From: Bacteroidales bacterium
GTDB taxonomy: Bacteria > Bacteroidota > Bacteroidia > Bacteroidales > UBA7960
DNA length: 64,000 nt
Direction: 5' to 3'
Assembly: GCA_007118495.1 (NCBI GenBank)
Contig: SKRM01000024.1
Span: 76,631 to 140,630 of the forward strand
A program made the translations under genes and the position numbers. A model generated the notes under the pieces. It was given only the letters and a program-made list of their open reading frames with translations, ran no database searches and was not told the DNA's origin. Position 1 is the first letter of the stretch. Each line of letters opens with the position of its first letter. Shown in pieces: positions 15,576-25,385 of this stretch.

Positions 15576-18455
15576 ATGGAATCGCATGACAAAAGTTTGA
15601 AAGCCGTTTTATACATGAAACGGCTAGCGCCATATCTGGCTGTGCTGCTGGTGGGGTTGGGCTTGCTTGTTGTTCTGGGTTGGGCACTGGACATTCCCGT
15701 TTTAAAAAGCGTTCATCCAAACCTTGTCAGCATGAAAGCCAATACAGCCGTTGGTATCATGGTTTCAGGAATCACCTTGCTTTTGCTTCTAAAATATACC
15801 CGGACAACATTCAATTACTGGTTGTCTTTGGTGCTGGCCTCATTTGTAATAGTCTTAGGCCTGGTATCAGTCATTGAATATGTGTTTGGTGTTTACACCG
15901 GCCTGGACAGCCTTTTTTTTACTGAGCATTCTGATGCGGTTGGCACCTATTTGCCAGGCCGCATGTCACCCAATGCAGCCATTGGGTTTTTAATTGCCGG
16001 AACTGCTTTGATCTCATTGATAATAAAGAATGCTTCAAGCCTGATCATTGCCCAGCTTTGTGCGTCATTTCTGGCGCTGCTCAGCGTTTTGCCATTTTTG
16101 GGTTACGGCTTTCGTATTGATCCCCTTTACGGATATGCACACTATACCCAAATGGCCGTTCACACATCAGCGGGATTTTTTATTCTCTCTCTGAGCGTGT
16201 TGTTTAGTTACCCTGATCAGGGTATCATGACCATTTTTTCCAAACCCGGGCCCGGAGGCTATCTGGCCAGGCGTTTATTGCCCCTGACAATCATGGCACC
16301 CATATCCCTGGTTTTACTATGGATTTTAGCTGAAAGGCTGGGGCTGCACGGGCTGTCTTCAGATATTTCGCTGTTCTTTGTCTTGTTTCTGTCCATTGCC
16401 GTTTTCCTTGTATGGAAAAGCGCAGATTCAATCAATAAAATTGAAGACCAAAGGCTTGAAAACGAAAAAAAAGCCACTGCATGGGATGACCTGATGCAAT
16501 ACATCATTCAGCACGACCCCAGTGCAATTGCAGTACACGACAAAGACCTGAAGTATATTTTTGTGAGCCAACGTTACCTTGACGACTACGGTGTTAAAGA
16601 AAAAGACCTCATTGGGAAATACCATTACGATGTATTTCCGGATATTCCTGAAAAGTGGAAAAAAGTGCATCAGCGTGCGCTACAGGGCGAAATCATACGA
16701 TCAGAAGAAGATCATTTTGTGCGCACAGATGGAAAGATTGAATTTACCCGCTGGGAGTGCAGGCCCTGGCGCGACAAAGATGGCCATATTGGCGGAATCA
16801 TTCTGTATACCGAAGTTATTACCAACAGGAAAATGGCCGAAATGAACCTTGCCGTTACGGCCGCAAAGCTTGAGACGGTGCTCAGATATGCCGGAGACGG
16901 CATTTTTTCAGTAGACAATCAGGGCAAAACCACCATGATCAATCAGGCTGCACTGGATATGTTGGGATACGAAGAAAATGAATTAACAGACAGGTTTATA
17001 CACGGTATACACCACCACACCCACGTTGACGGAACGCCTTATCACCCAAAGGATTGTTCTATTAATAAAGCATTAACCGAGGGCAGAATCAGCACCATTG
17101 ACCATGAAGTATTCTGGAAGAAAGATGGCAGCAGTTTTCCTGTTGAATATGTCAGCTCGCCTATCTACGTTGCAGGCAAAGCCAAAGGTGCTGTGGTAAG
17201 CTTCAGAGATATCACAGAACGCAAAAGAAGTGAAGGTGAGATCAAGAGGCTAAACACAAGGCTGTATGACTTGGTGGCAGCGGTCAAGGAGCTTTCAATC
17301 GGCAAGAACCTTCATCAAATACGTAAAACAATGGCATTGTACGCCAGAAAACTATCTGGCGCAGACGGAGCCACTTTTGTGGTCAGAGACAATGGTTATT
17401 GCAACTATCTTTACGAAGATGCCATTGAGCCCCTGTTCAAAGGGAAAAAATACCCGATGGAAAAATGCATCACCGGTTGGGTTATGCTTAACAAAAAGTC
17501 TGTTGTCATCGAAGATATCTATGCAGATGACAGAATACCCCATCAGGTTTATAAATCAACTTTCGTTAAAAGTCTGGCCAGTTTCCCGATTAACCAGCAG
17601 GAACCAAGGGCTGCCATTGCCGTTTACTGGGCAAGACCATATGTGCCAGCCGCTGAAGAACAGCATTTGCTGCAAACTTTGGCCGATGCAGCGGCCATTG
17701 CCCTGGAAAATGTTGACCTGGTTAACGAATTGGAGCAACGTGTTGAAAGGAGAACAAAGGCTTTGGAATCAACCAACAAGGAGCTGGAGGCATTTACCTA
17801 TTCCGTATCACATGACCTGAGGTCTCCGCTGCGTGCCATCGACGGCTTTTCAAGGATACTGCTTGAGGATTATGGACAACACCTTGATCAGGATGCACAA
17901 AGGGTATGCCAGGTAATCAGAGACAATACCCGAAATATGGGAAAACTCATTGACGACCTTCTTGCCTTTTCACGCCTGAGCAGAAAAGAGATAACCCGAG
18001 AAACCATTGACATGAGAAAATTGGTTTACTCCATGTACCACGAAGTCACTACTCCTGAACAAAGAGAAAATATTGATTTCGTGCTGGATGAGATCTATGA
18101 TGCAAAAGGAGATGCCACCATGATCAGGCAGGTGTGGAGCAACCTCTTGTCAAATGCAATTAAGTTTTCAGCCAGCCGTAAAAAGCCCAGCATCCATATT
18201 TCATCAGAAATGAAAGACGGGTTCTTTCATTACCAGATCAGAGATAACGGGGTGGGGTTTGACATGAATTATGTAGACAAGATCTTTGGTGTATTTCAGC
18301 GCTTACACTCTGCCAATGAGTTTGAAGGCACCGGTGTGGGTCTGGCTATCGTGCATAGGGTAATCTATAAACATGGTGGCCAGGTAGGCGCTGAAGGCAT
18401 AATAGACAAAGGAGCTGTTATTTCTTTTTCATTACCAGAAAAAATACTTGAATAA
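15576..18455 (+). CDS. Membrane sensor histidine kinase (multi-TM N-domain, PAS-PAS-GAF-HisKA-HATPase_c)
   Basis: 959 aa with about 8 predicted TM helices, two PAS segments, a GAF-like segment, an H-box (FTYSVSHDLRSPLR) and N/G boxes. An alternative start is ATG 15615. Confidence 0.85.
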   Translation: MESHDKSLKAVLYMKRLAPYLAVLLVGLGLLVVLGWALDIPVLKSVHPNLVSMKANTAVGIMVSGITLLLLLKYTRTTFNYWLSLVLASFVIVLGLVSVIEYVFGVYTGLDSLFFTEHSDAVGTYLPGRMSPNAAIGFLIAGTALISLIIKNASSLIIAQLCASFLALLSVLPFLGYGFRIDPLYGYAHYTQMAVHTSAGFFILSLSVLFSYPDQGIMTIFSKPGPGGYLARRLLPLTIMAPISLVLLWILAERLGLHGLSSDISLFFVLFLSIAVFLVWKSADSINKIEDQRLENEKKATAWDDLMQYIIQHDPSAIAVHDKDLKYIFVSQRYLDDYGVKEKDLIGKYHYDVFPDIPEKWKKVHQRALQGEIIRSEEDHFVRTDGKIEFTRWECRPWRDKDGHIGGIILYTEVITNRKMAEMNLAVTAAKLETVLRYAGDGIFSVDNQGKTTMINQAALDMLGYEENELTDRFIHGIHHHTHVDGTPYHPKDCSINKALTEGRISTIDHEVFWKKDGSSFPVEYVSSPIYVAGKAKGAVVSFRDITERKRSEGEIKRLNTRLYDLVAAVKELSIGKNLHQIRKTMALYARKLSGADGATFVVRDNGYCNYLYEDAIEPLFKGKKYPMEKCITGWVMLNKKSVVIEDIYADDRIPHQVYKSTFVKSLASFPINQQEPRAAIAVYWARPYVPAAEEQHLLQTLADAAAIALENVDLVNELEQRVERRTKALESTNKELEAFTYSVSHDLRSPLRAIDGFSRILLEDYGQHLDQDAQRVCQVIRDNTRNMGKLIDDLLAFSRLSRKEITRETIDMRKLVYSMYHEVTTPEQRENIDFVLDEIYDAKGDATMIRQVWSNLLSNAIKFSASRKKPSIHISSEMKDGFFHYQIRDNGVGFDMNYVDKIFGVFQRLHSANEFEGTGVGLAIVHRVIYKHGGQVGAEGIIDKGAVISFSLPEKILE

Positions 18456-18465
18456 AAAATAAAAA

Positions 18466-18912
18466 ATGATGAAAGAATTTGACCCCGTTGATGTGTTGTT
18501 GGTTGAAGACAATCCCAACGATGCAGAGCTTACCATCAGGGCGCTGAAAAAACAGCAGATGGCCAATGCCATTTACCTGGTTGAAGATGGTGCTGAAGCA
18601 CTTGACTTTATATTTTGCAGAGGGAAGTACGAAGACCGCAAGTTGAGCAAACCAGTGAAAGTGGTCTTCCTTGATCTGAAACTACCCAAGGTTGATGGAT
18701 TGGAAGTACTCCGGCAAATCAAAGGCAATGAGTTAACAAAAAGCATTCCGGTGGTTGTGGTCAGCTCTTCGAAAGAAGATCCCGACATTAAAACAGCCTA
18801 TGCATTGGGTGCCAACTCATATGTTGTCAAACCTGTTGATTTTGATGACTTTATCAATGCCCTGAGCAATACTGGCCTGTTCTGGCTCCTTGTGAATAAA
18901 ACCCTCGAATAA
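18466..18912 (+). CDS. Single-domain response regulator (CheY/Rcp1-like receiver)
   Basis: 148 aa with LLVEDNPND, phospho-acceptor VFLDLKLP, and conserved S/K positions (VVVSSS, VVKP). Confidence 0.9.
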   Translation: MMKEFDPVDVLLVEDNPNDAELTIRALKKQQMANAIYLVEDGAEALDFIFCRGKYEDRKLSKPVKVVFLDLKLPKVDGLEVLRQIKGNELTKSIPVVVVSSSKEDPDIKTAYALGANSYVVKPVDFDDFINALSNTGLFWLLVNKTLE

Positions 18913-18914
18913 AC

Positions 18915-20858
18915 ATGGTACCTGACCAAAAAAAACCAACACGGATCCTCATTGTTGAAGACCTCCCTTCTGATGCCATGCTGGCCCGGAGAGAGGTGGC
19001 AAAGCTGGTAGACCCGGTTGAATTTCATCTTGTTGAAACAGAAAGCGACTTTAGGAAAGCATTAAAGAGCTTCATCCCTCACCTCATCATTTCAGACTAT
19101 CAGATGCCTGCTTTTGATGGTTTGTCAGCATTGAAAATTGCGCTGCAAGAAACACCCACCACACCATTCATCATCCATACAGGGTCACAGAATGAAGACA
19201 CGGCCGTGGCCTGTATGAAAGCCGGAGCAACCGACTATGTGCTTAAAGAAAGGATAAAAAGGCTGGGACCAGCTGTTAAACAGGCCCTTGAAAACAAAAA
19301 GATCAGACTTGAAAGCCTGAGGGCCCAGGAAGCACTCATTGAAAGCGAAAACCGCTTCAGGCGTTTGGCTGAGAATGCCAACGATATAATTTATCGATAT
19401 GAAGTTTATCCGGAACATAAGTTTACCTATGTCAGTCCATCAGCTGAACGCATGACCGGTTATTCTCCTGAAGAGCATTATGCAGATCCAGATCTGGTTG
19501 CCAAACTTATACATCCCGAAGACCGGCCAATACTAATAAAGCTGGATAAAACCCCAAATGATCAGCCATACACTTTAACGCTGCGTCTGGTTAAAAAAAA
19601 TGGAGAACTTATCTGGACAGAACAAAAAAATGTACCCATCATAGATGCGCAAGGTCAGCTTATCGCCATTGAAGGCATTGTGCGCGATGTGACTGAAAGA
19701 AAAAAGGCTGAAGAAGACCTGCAATACGCCCTCAGGCTTGCCGAAGAAAGTGACCGGCTTAAAACAGCCTTTCTGAACAATTTAAGTCACGAGATCAGAA
19801 CCCCGCTGAACAGCATCCTTGGCTTCTCCAACCTGCTCAACGAAGACAAAATCAGCCCTGAGCAAAGAGCGCATTTTGTGCAGGTCATCAACCAGGGAGG
19901 CCAACGCCTGCTGCATATCATCAACGATATCTTAAGCATAGCCGCAATTGAGTCAGGCCAGGAAACCTCCAGGGAGGAAGCCTTTAGACTGGAGACACTG
20001 ACAGATCACATCAGGCAGGTTTTTCAGGAGACATTGAATAGCAAACCCATTAAACTACGTATTTTGGATGAGTTGCCGCAAGAAAAAGCCAGGATACTAA
20101 CCGATGGCAACAAGTTAATGCAGATCATGGGCAACCTGGTTACAAATGCCATTAAATTTACAGAAGATGGAGAGGTTACCTTCAGGATAAGTCGTGAGCA
20201 AGACACGCTTTACCTCGAAGTAAGTGATACCGGAATAGGTATTCCGAAAGAATACCATGACCTCATTTTTGAGCGGTTCAGGCAGATTGATTCTGAAGAT
20301 GTAAAACTTCATGAGGGCAGTGGTTTGGGATTATCAATCTCAATGGCTTATGCCCGTATGCTTGGCGGAAGCATTGAAGTTGAATCAACACCCGGAATAG
20401 GATCAAGCTTTAAGGTGAACATCCCCTTTAAACAAATACAGCATGAAACAGCTGCTGCTGAGCCAGACCAGGTAAAACAACAAAAAAGCAGTAAAAGCAG
20501 AAAGAAAACCATTCTGGTGGCTGAAGACGAATACAGCAACTTTTTGCTCGTGGAAACTTTGCTGGAACCCCTTCCCTATCAGGTTATCCATGTAACCAAT
20601 GGACAAGAAGCCGTTGAACAATGCAGAAAAAATCATGCGATTGACCTGGTTCTCATGGACCTTAAAATGCCACTGATGGGGGGACTGGAGGCCACCCGAA
20701 TAATACGTCATGAAAAGCCCAATCTCAAAATCATTGCATTAACTGCCTACGCACAAAAAGAAGACAGAGAAAAGGCTTTGCTTGCAGGATGCAATGACTA
20801 TATCGCAAAACCTATGCGAAATCAAGACTTGTTAGATATGATCAAAGCACATCTTTAA
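18915..20858 (+). CDS. Hybrid sensor kinase/response regulator (REC-PAS-HisKA-HATPase_c-REC)
   Basis: 647 aa with an N-terminal receiver (LIISDYQMP), a PAS segment, an H-box (LSHEIRTPLN), an ATPase domain and a C-terminal receiver (LVLMDLKMP). Confidence 0.85.
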   Translation: MVPDQKKPTRILIVEDLPSDAMLARREVAKLVDPVEFHLVETESDFRKALKSFIPHLIISDYQMPAFDGLSALKIALQETPTTPFIIHTGSQNEDTAVACMKAGATDYVLKERIKRLGPAVKQALENKKIRLESLRAQEALIESENRFRRLAENANDIIYRYEVYPEHKFTYVSPSAERMTGYSPEEHYADPDLVAKLIHPEDRPILIKLDKTPNDQPYTLTLRLVKKNGELIWTEQKNVPIIDAQGQLIAIEGIVRDVTERKKAEEDLQYALRLAEESDRLKTAFLNNLSHEIRTPLNSILGFSNLLNEDKISPEQRAHFVQVINQGGQRLLHIINDILSIAAIESGQETSREEAFRLETLTDHIRQVFQETLNSKPIKLRILDELPQEKARILTDGNKLMQIMGNLVTNAIKFTEDGEVTFRISREQDTLYLEVSDTGIGIPKEYHDLIFERFRQIDSEDVKLHEGSGLGLSISMAYARMLGGSIEVESTPGIGSSFKVNIPFKQIQHETAAAEPDQVKQQKSSKSRKKTILVAEDEYSNFLLVETLLEPLPYQVIHVTNGQEAVEQCRKNHAIDLVLMDLKMPLMGGLEATRIIRHEKPNLKIIALTAYAQKEDREKALLAGCNDYIAKPMRNQDLLDMIKAHL

Positions 20859-23557
20859 TGCTTATCTTTCTTTCTTATGATCTCTATAATCCATTTTTCC
20901 AGTTCAACCACAGCAAAAACAAGCATACCTCCAGCCAGTGAGTACAACCAAAGCTGACCGCTAATGGGGGTGGTGCTGAAAAATGTATTCATAACAGGCA
21001 GGTAAACAAATAAAGCCTGAAGTATAATTAAAGCTCCTGCAGCCATAAAGGCATAAGGATTATTGAAAAACCCTTTTCCAAGACTTGGCGATTTGATTTT
21101 CCGGCAGTTGAACAAATAAAACATCTGTCCGGCTACCAACATATTCACGGCCACCGTTCTCGACACCTCGTCAGCTACCCCTGTGGTTTGCATATAATAA
21201 AAAACTCCCAGTGTAAGTCCACCAATCAAAAAAGAAACAAAAGCAATCCGCCATAAAAACAACCCACCTAAAATGGGTTCACCAGGCTTGCGGGGTGGCC
21301 GTTCCATAACCTTTTCTTCCATGGGTTCAAAGGCAATTGCCAGCGCAAGTGTTACCGCGGTGACCATATTGACCCACAATACCTGCACAGGAGTGATGGG
21401 CATAACCATGCCCAGAAGAATGGCTGCCATAAGAACCAATGACTCGGCACCATTGGTGGGCAGTATGAATAGTAGTGCTTTCCGGATGTTGTCATATACT
21501 GTTCTGCCTTCCTCAATGGCATTGACAATCGACGCAAAATTATCGTCGGCCAATACCATTTCTGCTGCATCCTTTGACACCTCTGTACCTTTGATACCCA
21601 TAGCAATACCAATATTGGCCTTTTTCAGGGCCGGGGCGTCGTTAACCCCGTCTCCTGTCATGGCACATAGCCTGTTATTTGCCTGTAGCGCTTTAACAAG
21701 TCGTAACTTATGCTCGGGCGTAGTCCGGGCATACACATCATATTCATCAACCACCTGCTGCAGTTCTTCATCAGACATATCCTCAAGCTCTTTGCCCGAT
21801 AAAGCTTTTTCTCCATCACCAATCCCAATCTCTTTTCCAATGGCACTTGCAGTAATGATATGGTCACCCGTGATCATTTTCACCTCCACACCGGCCTCCT
21901 TACACTCCCTGATAGCTGAAACAGCTTCATCTCTCGGAGGGTCAATTATGCCTACGATACCCAAAAATGTTTTTTTCTGTTCCAGATCTTTTTTGTTCAG
22001 TTCAGTCAGGCTGTTATCCTTGTCGTTGAAGGCCACGCCCAGCAAACGCTGGCCACGGGCAGCGGCTTCCTCCATTTTCTCGACCCAGTATTCCCTGTCC
22101 AAATCTTTAAGACCATCTGCGGTATACTGTGATTTACACATATCCAACACACGTTCAGGGGCCCCCGTCATGAAAACATATACATCGCCATCAACATTGT
22201 TGAGTGTAGCCATGTATTTATGATCCGACTCAAAAGGGATGCTGTCAAGCCGTTCAGGTTTAAAATCTTTCAGCCCTGCCTTCAGGGCAAGGGTCAGCAT
22301 GGCTCCTTCAGTGGGTGCCCCTGTAAGCTTCCATTGACCGTTTTCCTCCTCGCTGATGGATGCATTGTTACAGGCACGGGCCACCCTGAGCAGCTGTCGC
22401 AGCACCTGATCTCCCTCAAGGTCGACCTGCTGATCATCCAGCAGTATCTTGCCTTCAGGAGCATAACCCGTGCCCTCCACATCGTAAATATGTTCGGCCG
22501 TAATGATTGTTTTGGCCGTCATTTCATTACGGGTGAGCGTACCCGTTTTATCCGAGCAGATTACATCTACCGAGCCCAGTGTCTCAACAGAGGGCAGTTT
22601 CCTGATAATGGCATTTCTGGCGGCCATGCGCTGAACACCAATGGCCAGGGTAATGGTCATAATGGCCGGCAGTCCTTCAGGAATTGCAGCAACCACCAAC
22701 CCAATCACCGCAAGGAACAATTCTCCCAGCTCATAATCACGGAAAAAATAACCAAATGCAAAAAACAATGAAGTAATCCCCAGTATGATCAATGAAAGCC
22801 ACTTGCCGAACTTTTCAATTTGTTGCAGGAGTGGTGTGGTCATCTCTTCTACATCAGAGATCATCTGGTTGATTTTGCCTATCTCAGTTTTTGCTCCGGT
22901 GGCAATCACCACACCTGTGGCTTTGCCATAGGTAACCACAGTGCCTGAAAACGCCATTGACAGCTGATCTCCAATGATTGAGCCCTCCTCAACCGCATCA
23001 GTCGACTTCTCTACAGAGGTTGATTCACCTGTCAGGGGCGATTCCTCAACCCTTAAATCTTTCGACCTGACCAGTCGCATATCAGCAGGTATCTTATCAC
23101 CCGACTTTAGCAAGACAATATCACCGGGTACAATATCTTCAGCGTCTATGGTTTTCTTTTCACCATTGCGGATCACCACCGCTTCAAGCGAAAGCATTTT
23201 CCTGATACTTTCAAGGGCTCTTTCAGCCTTGCCTTCTTGAATAAAGCCTATCAGTGCATTTACAACCACCACGGCCAGAATAACCCAGGTGTCAATCCAG
23301 TGATCCATCAAGGCTGTAATGATCGCTGCAGCCATCAGAACATATATGAGGACATTGTGAAATTGCATCAGCAACCTTGACCACCAGGGCCGTTTTTTGC
23401 CCGTGGGTATCTCATTTTTACCAACTTCGTTCAGGCGTTTTTCAGCTTCATCTACCGACAGCCCGTTCTCCACGTCTGTATCAAATGCCCCGATCACTTT
23501 TTCAGGATCCAGTGCATACCATTTTTTCTCTTTCTGATCTGCTTTGTTTTCGCTCAT
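20855..23557 (-). CDS. Cation-transporting P-type ATPase (P2 type, Ca2+/cation)
   Basis: Motifs TGES (LTGESTSV), DKTGTLT, TGDGVNDAPALKKA, and the N-terminal Cation_ATPase_N segment (GLSVDEAEKRL). The start was set to ATG 23557; the ORF track start is 23620. Confidence 0.9.
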   Translation of the reverse strand: MSENKADQKEKKWYALDPEKVIGAFDTDVENGLSVDEAEKRLNEVGKNEIPTGKKRPWWSRLLMQFHNVLIYVLMAAAIITALMDHWIDTWVILAVVVVNALIGFIQEGKAERALESIRKMLSLEAVVIRNGEKKTIDAEDIVPGDIVLLKSGDKIPADMRLVRSKDLRVEESPLTGESTSVEKSTDAVEEGSIIGDQLSMAFSGTVVTYGKATGVVIATGAKTEIGKINQMISDVEEMTTPLLQQIEKFGKWLSLIILGITSLFFAFGYFFRDYELGELFLAVIGLVVAAIPEGLPAIMTITLAIGVQRMAARNAIIRKLPSVETLGSVDVICSDKTGTLTRNEMTAKTIITAEHIYDVEGTGYAPEGKILLDDQQVDLEGDQVLRQLLRVARACNNASISEEENGQWKLTGAPTEGAMLTLALKAGLKDFKPERLDSIPFESDHKYMATLNNVDGDVYVFMTGAPERVLDMCKSQYTADGLKDLDREYWVEKMEEAAARGQRLLGVAFNDKDNSLTELNKKDLEQKKTFLGIVGIIDPPRDEAVSAIRECKEAGVEVKMITGDHIITASAIGKEIGIGDGEKALSGKELEDMSDEELQQVVDEYDVYARTTPEHKLRLVKALQANNRLCAMTGDGVNDAPALKKANIGIAMGIKGTEVSKDAAEMVLADDNFASIVNAIEEGRTVYDNIRKALLFILPTNGAESLVLMAAILLGMVMPITPVQVLWVNMVTAVTLALAIAFEPMEEKVMERPPRKPGEPILGGLFLWRIAFVSFLIGGLTLGVFYYMQTTGVADEVSRTVAVNMLVAGQMFYLFNCRKIKSPSLGKGFFNNPYAFMAAGALIILQALFVYLPVMNTFFSTTPISGQLWLYSLAGGMLVFAVVELEKWIIEIIRKKDKH

Positions 23558-23728
23558 AACTTCCAAAAGAAATAATTCCACCAAAATGAATATAAAGATA
23601 ACGATTAAAGTTTTTTTCAACAGTAAGCTTAATGGAGAAAGCCAGGATATATGGAAAAGAAAAAATTATGTAGATATTGGAGAAAATTATTACTTTCGCA
23701 CAGAATACATCCTTTCAGGCGAAGGATT

Positions 23729-23830
23729 TATTTATTGAGAAGGGCTGAGAGAACAGGCTCAGTGACGCCCTAGCAACCTGCCACCAAGGCAAAGGTGCTA
23801 ATACCTGCCCAGTAAGGGAATAATAAGTAA
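23729..23830 (+). promoter_or_regulatory. SAM-I (S-box) riboswitch aptamer upstream of metY-metX-hom
   Basis: TTATTGAGA-AGGGCTGAGAGAACAGGCTCAGTGACGCCCT-AGCAACC-TGCCaccaaGGCA-AAGGTGCTAATACCTGC-CCcagtaaGG-GAATAATAAG matches the S-box core (P1 TTATT/AATAA, GAGA junction, GCAACC, GGTGCTAAT-CCTGC). Confidence 0.85.
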
Positions 23831-24089
23831 AGACCGCTTTCATGAAGCATTGTTTATTTATGACCCGTTGTAACGGGAATGCTGTATCCGGGCAACTCAC
23901 AGCCCTGATTGCACACAGGTTGTCATATTTGTGTAACAGCCGCCATGGGTCTTCCTTTCTCATGCAGTGCAAAACACCCACTCAAGCAGTTCTGCGAATG
24001 CCTATCATGGCAATCAATAATTAAAAATCCATCCATTTGTGCGCACATACTTGGCTGACGGCCAGATGTGCCAGATAAATCAGAAAAAC

Positions 24090-25373
24090 ATGACACAACA
24101 AACATATCACTTTGACACACTTCAGGTGCATGCAGGTTATAAACCAGACCCTACCACACTTTCAAGGGCCGTGCCCATTTACCTTACGACAGCATATCAG
24201 TTCAACAGCAGTGAACATGCCAGCAAATTGTTCAACCTTGAAGAACAGGGTAATATTTACAGCCGTATCACCAACCCAACCAATGACATACTTGAGCAAC
24301 GCATCACTGCATTGGAAGGAGGAGTCGCATCCCTGGCCCTTGCATCAGGTCATGCAGCACAGCTCATAGCCATTACAACCATCCTTTCGCCGGGTGACAC
24401 CATTGTATCTTCCCCCTATTTGTATGGGGGCACCTATAATCAATTCAGACACAGCTTTTCATCATTTGGTATTCAGGTCAGGTTTGCACAAAGTGACAGC
24501 CCACGCCACATGGAAGCATTGATAGACAGCAGTACAAAAGCCATCTATGCTGAGACCATCGGAAACCCCGGTTTTTCTGTCCCTGATTTTGAAGGCTTGT
24601 CTGCATTGGGCAAAAAATACGGTATTCCACTGATCATAGACAATACCTTTGCCGGGGCCGGTTATCTTTGTAAACCAATTAATTATGGTGCCGATATTAT
24701 CGTCCAGTCAGCAACCAAATGGATAGGTGGTCACGGGCAAGTACTGGGTGGCATTATTACAGATGCCGGGCGATTTGACTGGAACAACGGGTCTTTTCCC
24801 AAGCTGAGCAAACCTTCATCCAGCTACCATGGGTTGATATTTACAGAGGCAGCGGGTGAGTTGGCCTTTATCGCCAAAGCCAGGGCCGAATACCTCAGAG
24901 ATTTTGGACCTTGTCTCAGCCCATTCAATGCATTTATGCTCCTCAACGGTCTGGAAACATTGTCCCTGCGGTTGGAAAGACAATGCTCCAATGCAAACAA
25001 GCTGGCCTTGTGGCTGGCAGATCACCCCAGGATCAGGCAGGTAAATTATCCCGGGTTGTCACGGAATGCCGCCCATGAAAAGGCAAAAAGATACCTTTGT
25101 AATGGTTTTGGCGGGGTTTTGTCATTCGAGCTCGACGGCGACCTGAAACAAACTGCCAAGCTGGTTGATCATTTGAATCTCATTAGCCATGTTGCCAATG
25201 TGGGTGACAACAAAACCCTGATCATCCAACCCGCCAATACCACACATCAGCAGCTGACTCCCGGGGCCCAAAAAGCAGCAGGCGTCAGCCCGGGAACCCT
25301 GAGGGTTTCATTGGGTATAGAACATATTGATGACATCATCCATGATCTGGAGCAGGCCATAAACGCCATTTAA
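24090..25373 (+). CDS. metY: O-acetylhomoserine sulfhydrylase (aminocarboxypropyltransferase)
   Basis: Cys/Met-metabolism PLP family. HFDTLQVHAG, NPTNDILEQRI, and PLP-lysine region SATKWIGGHG. The start was set to ATG 24090. Confidence 0.9.
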   Translation: MTQQTYHFDTLQVHAGYKPDPTTLSRAVPIYLTTAYQFNSSEHASKLFNLEEQGNIYSRITNPTNDILEQRITALEGGVASLALASGHAAQLIAITTILSPGDTIVSSPYLYGGTYNQFRHSFSSFGIQVRFAQSDSPRHMEALIDSSTKAIYAETIGNPGFSVPDFEGLSALGKKYGIPLIIDNTFAGAGYLCKPINYGADIIVQSATKWIGGHGQVLGGIITDAGRFDWNNGSFPKLSKPSSSYHGLIFTEAAGELAFIAKARAEYLRDFGPCLSPFNAFMLLNGLETLSLRLERQCSNANKLALWLADHPRIRQVNYPGLSRNAAHEKAKRYLCNGFGGVLSFELDGDLKQTAKLVDHLNLISHVANVGDNKTLIIQPANTTHQQLTPGAQKAAGVSPGTLRVSLGIEHIDDIIHDLEQAINAI

Positions 25374-25385
25374 GCAAAAAAACAT

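Noticed and set aside
21273-22223. A 316-aa ORF on the plus strand inside the P-type ATPase gene.
   Set aside because: It is antisense to a strongly conserved frame (DKTGTLT, TGDGVNDAPALKKA). Its own translation is Ser/Ala/Thr-rich low complexity with no motifs. This is a typical shadow ORF.
23842-24024. A 60-aa ORF (MKHCLFMTRCNG...) in the metY leader, considered as a Met/Cys-sensing leader peptide.
   Set aside because: There is no run of consecutive Met or Cys codons. The SAM-I aptamer already explains regulation, and the ORF starts well after the aptamer. Its coding status cannot be supported.
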